Shown here piece after piece: positions 59,301 through 64,000 of a DNA stretch of 64,000 nt. The notes under the pieces were generated by a model. That model saw only the letters and a list, made by a program, of their open reading frames with translations, had not been told where the DNA came from and did no database searches. Location of the stretch: contig NIVC01001713.1 in NCBI GenBank assembly GCA_002269645.1, positions 1 through 64,000 on the forward strand, in the 5' to 3' direction. Positions within the stretch are counted from its first letter, which is position 1. The number at the start of each line of letters is the position of its first letter. Source of the stretch: Macrostomum lignano (taxonomy: Eukaryota). The translations under genes and the position numbers were made by a program.

Positions 59301-60848
59301 ATCCCGAGACCAGTCACACGTGAGGAGCTCCAGACCCATCAGCGTGCTGACTCCGCCATCGCGATGATGATCAACTTAATTGAAAGTCGACAACCGAAGC
59401 CGCCGCTGAATCAGCGATTAAATCTAACAAGAGATGAGCGAAATCTCTTAGCATTCTATGAGCAATTGGAAGTCCGAGACGACGGACTATTAGTCATCCA
59501 TCTCGACGATGTTGGCGAGGAGGACAATGCGAGGATCGTCCTGCCGAAGAGTCTCGACGCCACAGTGTTTGCCGACCTGCATGGTTCGCCCTACTGCGGA
59601 CACATGGGCCGAGATCTCACCATCGCAAAGGTGCGCGAGAGGTTCTGGCGACCGGCCCTGGCCAAGGCCGTGTCCGACTATGTCGCTTCCTGCCAGACCT
59701 GCACTCAGAGTAAAGGACGGCGACGCATCCCAGCGCATGTACAATCATTTCCGGTCTGCGAAATCTATGGGCGATGTGCGATCGACATCATGGGCCCCAC
59801 TGGAGACCCGACAGACCGAGGCAACAAGTACATCCTCACCTACGTCGACACGACGTCAAAGTACCCCTTCGCTTTCGCCATGAAGAATCAGCGCGCCAAG
59901 ACGATAATAACTCTCCTGCAAGAACAAGTCTTCCCGATCACCGGAATCCCCGCGTGGATCCATTCGGACCAAGGCAAACAGTTCACAGGGCACGAGTTTC
60001 GACATTTCTGCGAAGTCTATGGCATCCGGCAGACAACGACGCCGCCATACTCGCCCTGGGCCAACGGTCAAGCTGAATCGTGCAACAAAGACATCAAGAA
60101 GGTGCTCACTTGTCTTCTCGAAGATCATCAACAGTGGGACAAGATGTTGCCAGCCGCTCTGACAGCCTTGCGATCAGCTGTCAATCGTACGACGGGATTC
60201 TCGCCGCATTACGTCATCTACGGAGTGCCCTACCGGTATCCGATCGATAACACCCTAGACCGCCTGGACGTATCGCCGGACCTCCCCGAGTACATCGCAA
60301 AGCATCAGCGTAGACTGGCCGAGACTGAAAGGATTGTGCGACAGCGATTGCGAGCTGAGATCCAACGCCGTGAAGAGTACTACGAGAACCGACCCAAGCC
60401 CGTGGAACTGCAGCGAGGAGACCTGGTTTGCCTGGCCAACCCGAAGCTCGAGTTGGGCGAGCTGCCGAAGTTTCACCGGCCGTACAAAAGCATGTACAAG
60501 GTCAACAGGAGGGTCGGCGAAGTAGCCTACTGGATCCAGCCAGCAACAGCCCGACGTGGACGCCCAGCTGAAATGCTCGTACACCGCAACAACATCATAA
60601 AGGTGCCGCAGATGATGGCAGATCGACCGCAGGAGCCGCCGCGCCAGACAGAGCGGCCAATGTTGCCCTACGAGTCGAGCGATGAAAGCGAAGTCGAACC
60701 AGCCGATCTGCCCGCTCCAGAACAGCCAGTCGCAGCTCAGCCTGACCTGCGCGGCAGCCAATTGTTCGAGCCGAGCCTCCGCCATCCGGAAGTGCTGTCT
60801 GAAGGCGACCCGGATCTGCCTGACATCGGTATGGAGCTCGAGATCTGA
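56211..60848 (+). CDS. pol: Pol (protease, RT, RNase H, long linker, integrase with GPY/F module), -1 frame relative to gag
   Basis: FLLDTGS; YLDDVIVY; LDTDAS / ELLAV / TDHAAL; HHCC; AIDIMGP / HSDQG / GQAESCN; no stops. Confidence 0.97.
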   Translation: MPAPAVGQHRVPAQRQLGKRDGWTRHRGQRHPAAAPALKSPPRTLVAQQATAETASAAPVQNSAPKRPRRDPFLTGEIQGRYFAFLLDTGSKCEVLGFSTWHRLCTDDPTLRGQIKPCLQRIVTYNGEPIQMAGELSIKVKIGNFEPTVKFLLAKGSHDNILGFEFLEKYSTSLDLAAGMLFFKDGTAAPLRYTRTEATTCRIYTAESTTVPPLSSARIKIKLAKGREENQGTTAVIEPLKPARREEDVQHLDAAPALISMANGEGAIEMINRGTTAIKVRANALVGIARPIRLPELHFFPLLKSEDSVNQIQDEDPDAWIKEIDISEDLSSDQRAQVIELLRKYQTIFSQGPHDLGRTHLVTHNIVLKDKDPVHLPTRRIPPHLLPKVDQLLDDLLAKGVIRPSFSSYNTPLVIIPKKDGSLRIVQDFRSLNQKCEYFPYPIPNIQEAFASLEGSQLFSTFDLNSGYYQIPLRPEDQDLTAFATLHRGQFAYNVMPMGLSSAPASFMRLMNAVLNGIAYKSAIAYLDDVIVYSKKFNDHLRHMEKVFKRVQEANLKFKGKKCHLFRASLHYLGHVVTKDGIKTDPAKIEAIQTWPRPRTARQLKSFVCTCAYYAKFVPGYAELAAPLHDLIKEKKIRNFNCLWGKAQQDAFDQLKAAMTSTSVLAYPQFSEDPEVMFILDTDASATRIGACLSQRQADGVERPIGYFSRRLKPAEARYPITKQELLAVVDGMRHFRFYLLAKKFICRTDHAALTWILRRTQQEGIFGRWLQRLSEFEFEIQHRKSSQHQNADGLSRRPEDDAECLEEAQREAAVEDQSKQPAAITGAAAPKVHDSSHPSPPPSKKRPTRRHRLKPPTKSTESNGETTPPATPTADSKPLTELHPPATKSRPSASRYWDSQRSPTSFSSTTCCPSRGRRLLAEGDEDSDHSAANEDRCQPARRPVFKKVRFSLDTDSSADSLSSADESNADEADADMTDEDRPSNSSSTRQPARVAIMRRELQTPNHAATAEAAPTNLTNRRQTLNLTDHIPRPVTREELQTHQRADSAIAMMINLIESRQPKPPLNQRLNLTRDERNLLAFYEQLEVRDDGLLVIHLDDVGEEDNARIVLPKSLDATVFADLHGSPYCGHMGRDLTIAKVRERFWRPALAKAVSDYVASCQTCTQSKGRRRIPAHVQSFPVCEIYGRCAIDIMGPTGDPTDRGNKYILTYVDTTSKYPFAFAMKNQRAKTIITLLQEQVFPITGIPAWIHSDQGKQFTGHEFRHFCEVYGIRQTTTPPYSPWANGQAESCNKDIKKVLTCLLEDHQQWDKMLPAALTALRSAVNRTTGFSPHYVIYGVPYRYPIDNTLDRLDVSPDLPEYIAKHQRRLAETERIVRQRLRAEIQRREEYYENRPKPVELQRGDLVCLANPKLELGELPKFHRPYKSMYKVNRRVGEVAYWIQPATARRGRPAEMLVHRNNIIKVPQMMADRPQEPPRQTERPMLPYESSDESEVEPADLPAPEQPVAAQPDLRGSQLFEPSLRHPEVLSEGDPDLPDIGMELEI
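56262..56308 (+). promoter_or_regulatory. -1 ribosomal frameshift signal (G GGA AAC plus hairpin)
   Basis: Heptamer in the gag frame within the overlap; 6-nt spacer; stem GCTGGA (56275-80) / TCCAGC (56303-08). Confidence 0.75.
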
Positions 60849-62223
60849 AAAGGTAATTACCAATGAGTTTTCTGTTGCGCCAAGTTGCTAACTTCTGATG
60901 CGCATTACTATTAGTAGTTGTATTTGCGAACGCGTTCCAATTCTAATTTTGCTGTAAGCTTTCTCTGCACCTGCTCTGTGCTGAAAGCCGATTTTAATTT
61001 TCCGTTTAAATTCAATGTACTTTTCCTTATGCTTTCAGGATAAAAGCAGGCGTCGTTCCAATGTACTTTTCCTTATGCTTCAGGGTTAAAAGCAGTTTCT
61101 CTTTTCCTTATGCTTTCCGGTAAAAGCAGTGCATAGTTTCCGGTGCTCATGTATAGCGTAAAACTTTGCTAATTTTATTAAATGCGAATTCATTAATCAG
61201 CACCATGCTCTCTGTAAATTTCCTTACGCTTTGCGGTGAAAAGCACGCACCAATGCGACAATATTTAATCAACGCGTCCTCATTAAACAATGCGATACAG
61301 TAAGATCATTGCTTCATTTTGCGTTTCCTCTTTTCATCTAAATTTTGTGCATCCCTGTTGCTGTAAGCTTCTTTGCACACGTTCAAAGTGCAGAAGTGCC
61401 CCCCCTTTCTAATGCTTTCAGGAAAGCAGTGAATTTGTACACCTTACAGTTTGATTAAACTGTAGGTATTTTAATTTTCCTTCCGGTTTGTAAGCCCACT
61501 GTCTAAGGGCCAAACTGTCTTTTGCCCGCTCAGGTCAAGCGCCCCTGTTCTAGGCCTTGTCCTCAGTGGAGGGCATTTAAGGTGACTCGACCCCTGCTCT
61601 TTGTTCGATTTTGCTCGAGCCTGGAAACGTTGTAAGGGCTGCCCAGTTGGGCTCCCCTACCCAGTGCCATTTGTGAGCCCCCGCTCCTGTAACTCCTTAT
61701 GGAGCCCCGGTCACTAAACTGTTCATTCAATATTATCTTAGTATGGAGCCCGCCAATTGCTCCTTTATTTTTTCTATCTGTTTACGCGCAATTCAGCTAT
61801 CCTAACCGCCGACCTATTTTGTGTGAGCCGCTCAGGCGCCCCATTTCAATTCTTTGATTTCGGACCTCCCCCTGCCGCGCGGTTATCTGTTTTATGGCCT
61901 TTCGTTCATTCAACCCCCCCCCCATCCGCGTATGGTGGTGGCTGGTTTCTCTGGTTGGAACACCCTTTCTCCAGCCAGTGGATAACCTTTTTGGAGTATT
62001 TAAACCGCAACTTGGCTCGGAACTGATTTTCTCAATTTGTAAATTGAATTCCTGCGCTCCTAGCTATTTGTCCTATTTGTTATTTATCTGCCAGCCAACT
62101 TGTTCATACTCCTGTATATATTTATCCACTATCCTGTATATATTTTGCTCACCATCATAATTATTTTCCCTTATTGCTTCAACTGAGAACTCTGCCCAAC
62201 CGGCTATTACGGAGGACATCGTA

Positions 62224-62469
62224 ATGTTGGAAGGAACTGCACCTCAGGAGCCGCCCGCTCTGCAAGCGCCCGAGCTTCAAGCGACCCTGCAGCGCGCCCA
62301 TGGCTTCGCCCTGATGAGGCGGCCAAGCTGCGAGTTTGGAATTCCGCCACGGCCGGCGCAACACCGGCGCGCCTACGCTTGCGCAAAGTTTTATTCGACG
62401 CTTTTGACCTCGCCGCCTAGAAGGGGCGGGTACAAATTGATGCCCCCTGGCGCCGGCTCTGTGTCCTAA
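62224..62469 (+). CDS. Accessory ORF A (81 aa, unknown) inside the LTR element
   Basis: ATG start, GC-rich island within the AT-rich 3' region; its stop overlaps the next ATG. Confidence 0.4.
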   Translation: MLEGTAPQEPPALQAPELQATLQRAHGFALMRRPSCEFGIPPRPAQHRRAYACAKFYSTLLTSPPRRGGYKLMPPGAGSVS

Positions 62470-62915
62470 TGCCTCCGGCGGCGACGAAAGACTTACTGGA
62501 CAAGCAGTTAACACGGGCCGAGGAACTGTTCCGCCTGAGACCAACCCAATTCCGCCCAGCCCTGGCTCTACTTCTGGCATTGGCCTATTTTGAAGCTGGC
62601 CACCTAGAAGGCGGCTGGTTTCCGCGCCTACGAGCTTTCTGGGACTGTGCGATAGAGAAATACCCTGAGCGCCTCCACATCGTCGACAGTCACGTACAAA
62701 TATATGGCTGGCCCCGGCGGCCAGCTCAGCTAGCGACCGGCCCAGAACGGCGAGGAACGCCAACCCCGAGCATCCTACTTGAGGAGACCACCCGGCCAAT
62801 CGAGGCGGCCGAGCTGCCGGACGCGGACGCCGCGGTGGCCAAGGAAGCAGCGGCTGCTGCTAACTCTGCGCAACCCTCCGGCCACCCTGCGCATGTGGCA
62901 GTCGAGTGCCACTGA
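62469..62915 (+). CDS. Accessory ORF B (148 aa, unknown), runs 22 nt into the 3' LTR
   Basis: TAATG overlap with ORF A; globular-looking N-terminal ~85 aa, then an Ala/Pro/Glu-rich tail. Confidence 0.5.
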   Translation: MPPAATKDLLDKQLTRAEELFRLRPTQFRPALALLLALAYFEAGHLEGGWFPRLRAFWDCAIEKYPERLHIVDSHVQIYGWPRRPAQLATGPERRGTPTPSILLEETTRPIEAAELPDADAAVAKEAAAAANSAQPSGHPAHVAVECH

Positions 62916-63918
62916 TGAACACTTAATCAAGCAATTACGCAAAGTTGCATGCCCAAGAAACATTAATTTTTTATCCATCCAGTGAATTTCTGGCGCATCT
63001 TTTTTCCGTCAAGAGGCCGTCCAGCCACTGTTTTAGTTTCCACTGGGTGCTAAAATGCGCTCCCTTGCGGTGGATTTTGTTAAAATTTTTCTCCCTTTTC
63101 CTTTGTGGCAAGCCGTCCACCCAAAGTTTCCACGCTTTGAAACTTTGCTCCATCGGCCTGTCCAATTTAACTTCCAAACGTTGTGCATGCAATTCTCTCT
63201 TTATTTATAATCTGCGCATGATGAGTGGTTTCTAACCTTTCTCCCCCACCCTTCCCCTTTTGGTTTTCGACCCCCTATTTTCCTTAATCTAATTTTCATT
63301 TTTTAAGTTTATTTAGCGCACTGGCGCCCGTGAACATCTCAGTCATCTAAAAATCAATATTACTAATCATAAGCCTGCATTATTCTTAATAAACCAAGCC
63401 CATAAACCATTATTCCGAATCATATTTAATCTGCTGACATAAGCCATAGCATTTATTGAGTCATTTGCCCGTGGGGCGTAAAATAACCAAGTTCTCATCT
63501 CAAAGAAAGCTCTGAGACTTATCCGTTCCATAATACGTAAATTGCGGTGGTGGCAGCAACTACCCTACTGAAAGTAACCAGTTCAACACATCGACGCATT
63601 AATTTACAGAGCCAGAAATCTCCGGTGTTTCATTCCTTTGAATGACCCGAGCCGCTAAACGACCGCTCTGCTACGATTACGACTACCCTCCCCCCGGACT
63701 TGAGAACCCGGCAGTCGGAGAAAAGGAGAAGAAATTCCGTTGTGATTCATCTGCGCGATTTTTCCGGTTTTATTCGTGCGAACGCAACGCCACCGGTTTC
63801 GAAGAATTTCGGCCGACCTTCAACCCAGGAGTTTAAATCTTCTCCACCCCCACCTCACTGGTGTCAACAAATTTTCAAAACTCAGAACTTCCAAAAAATT
63901 CTTCTCCACCCCACCTCA
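62894..63918 (+). repeat. 3' LTR (1025 bp)
   Basis: Matches 53839-54865; followed by the ATAT TSD. Confidence 0.96.
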
Positions 63919-64000
63919 ATATATATTACAAAGGGTTAAAAATAAAAATAGCAAATAGTACCATATATAGATATATGCAAACCTTTTTGGAAATAACAAA

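Larger units (their letters stand above)
53839..63918 (+). mobile_element. Full-length Ty3/gypsy LTR retrotransposon (10,080 bp)
   Basis: Two ~1.03-kb TG..CA LTRs; ATAT TSD (53835-53838 and 63919-63922); PBS; intact gag and pol. Confidence 0.97.

Noticed and set aside
62179-62799. 206-aa antisense ORF as an env-like gene
   Set aside because: No ATG-led signal peptide, furin site or TM anchor pattern; more likely the shadow of the plus-strand ORFs, though not excluded.

Overview
This is eukaryotic animal genomic DNA, not prokaryotic. GC-rich spliceosomal exons, introns packed with minisatellites, and ATG-less first exons suggest a trans-splicing flatworm such as Macrostomum (inference). 1-19.7 kb is a nested transposon pile: a Ty3/gypsy 3' remnant, then an old RTE-like LINE interrupted by a second gypsy and by a mariner. 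The second gypsy is itself interrupted by a young LOA/R1-type LINE flanked by a perfect 268-bp duplication. A young RTE-like LINE follows, flanked by a ~1-kb duplication. 19.7-31 kb holds a single-exon class A GPCR, minisatellites, a Crypton-like tyrosine-recombinase relic, a MITE and a CORE-type SINE. 31.7-52.9 kb holds four co-oriented minus-strand host genes (MKK3/6-like kinase, RPL39, SLC12A8, MRPL14) that look like an SL trans-spliced operon inflated by tandem repeats; two of them have no ATG of their own in the favoured models. 53.8-63.9 kb is a complete 10.08-kb Ty3/gypsy element with an ATAT TSD, tRNA-Leu PBS and -1 frameshift signal. It also has two stop-start-coupled accessory ORFs, no recognisable PPT, and one-sided CpG decay between its LTRs. 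All coordinates and comparisons were made by eye.
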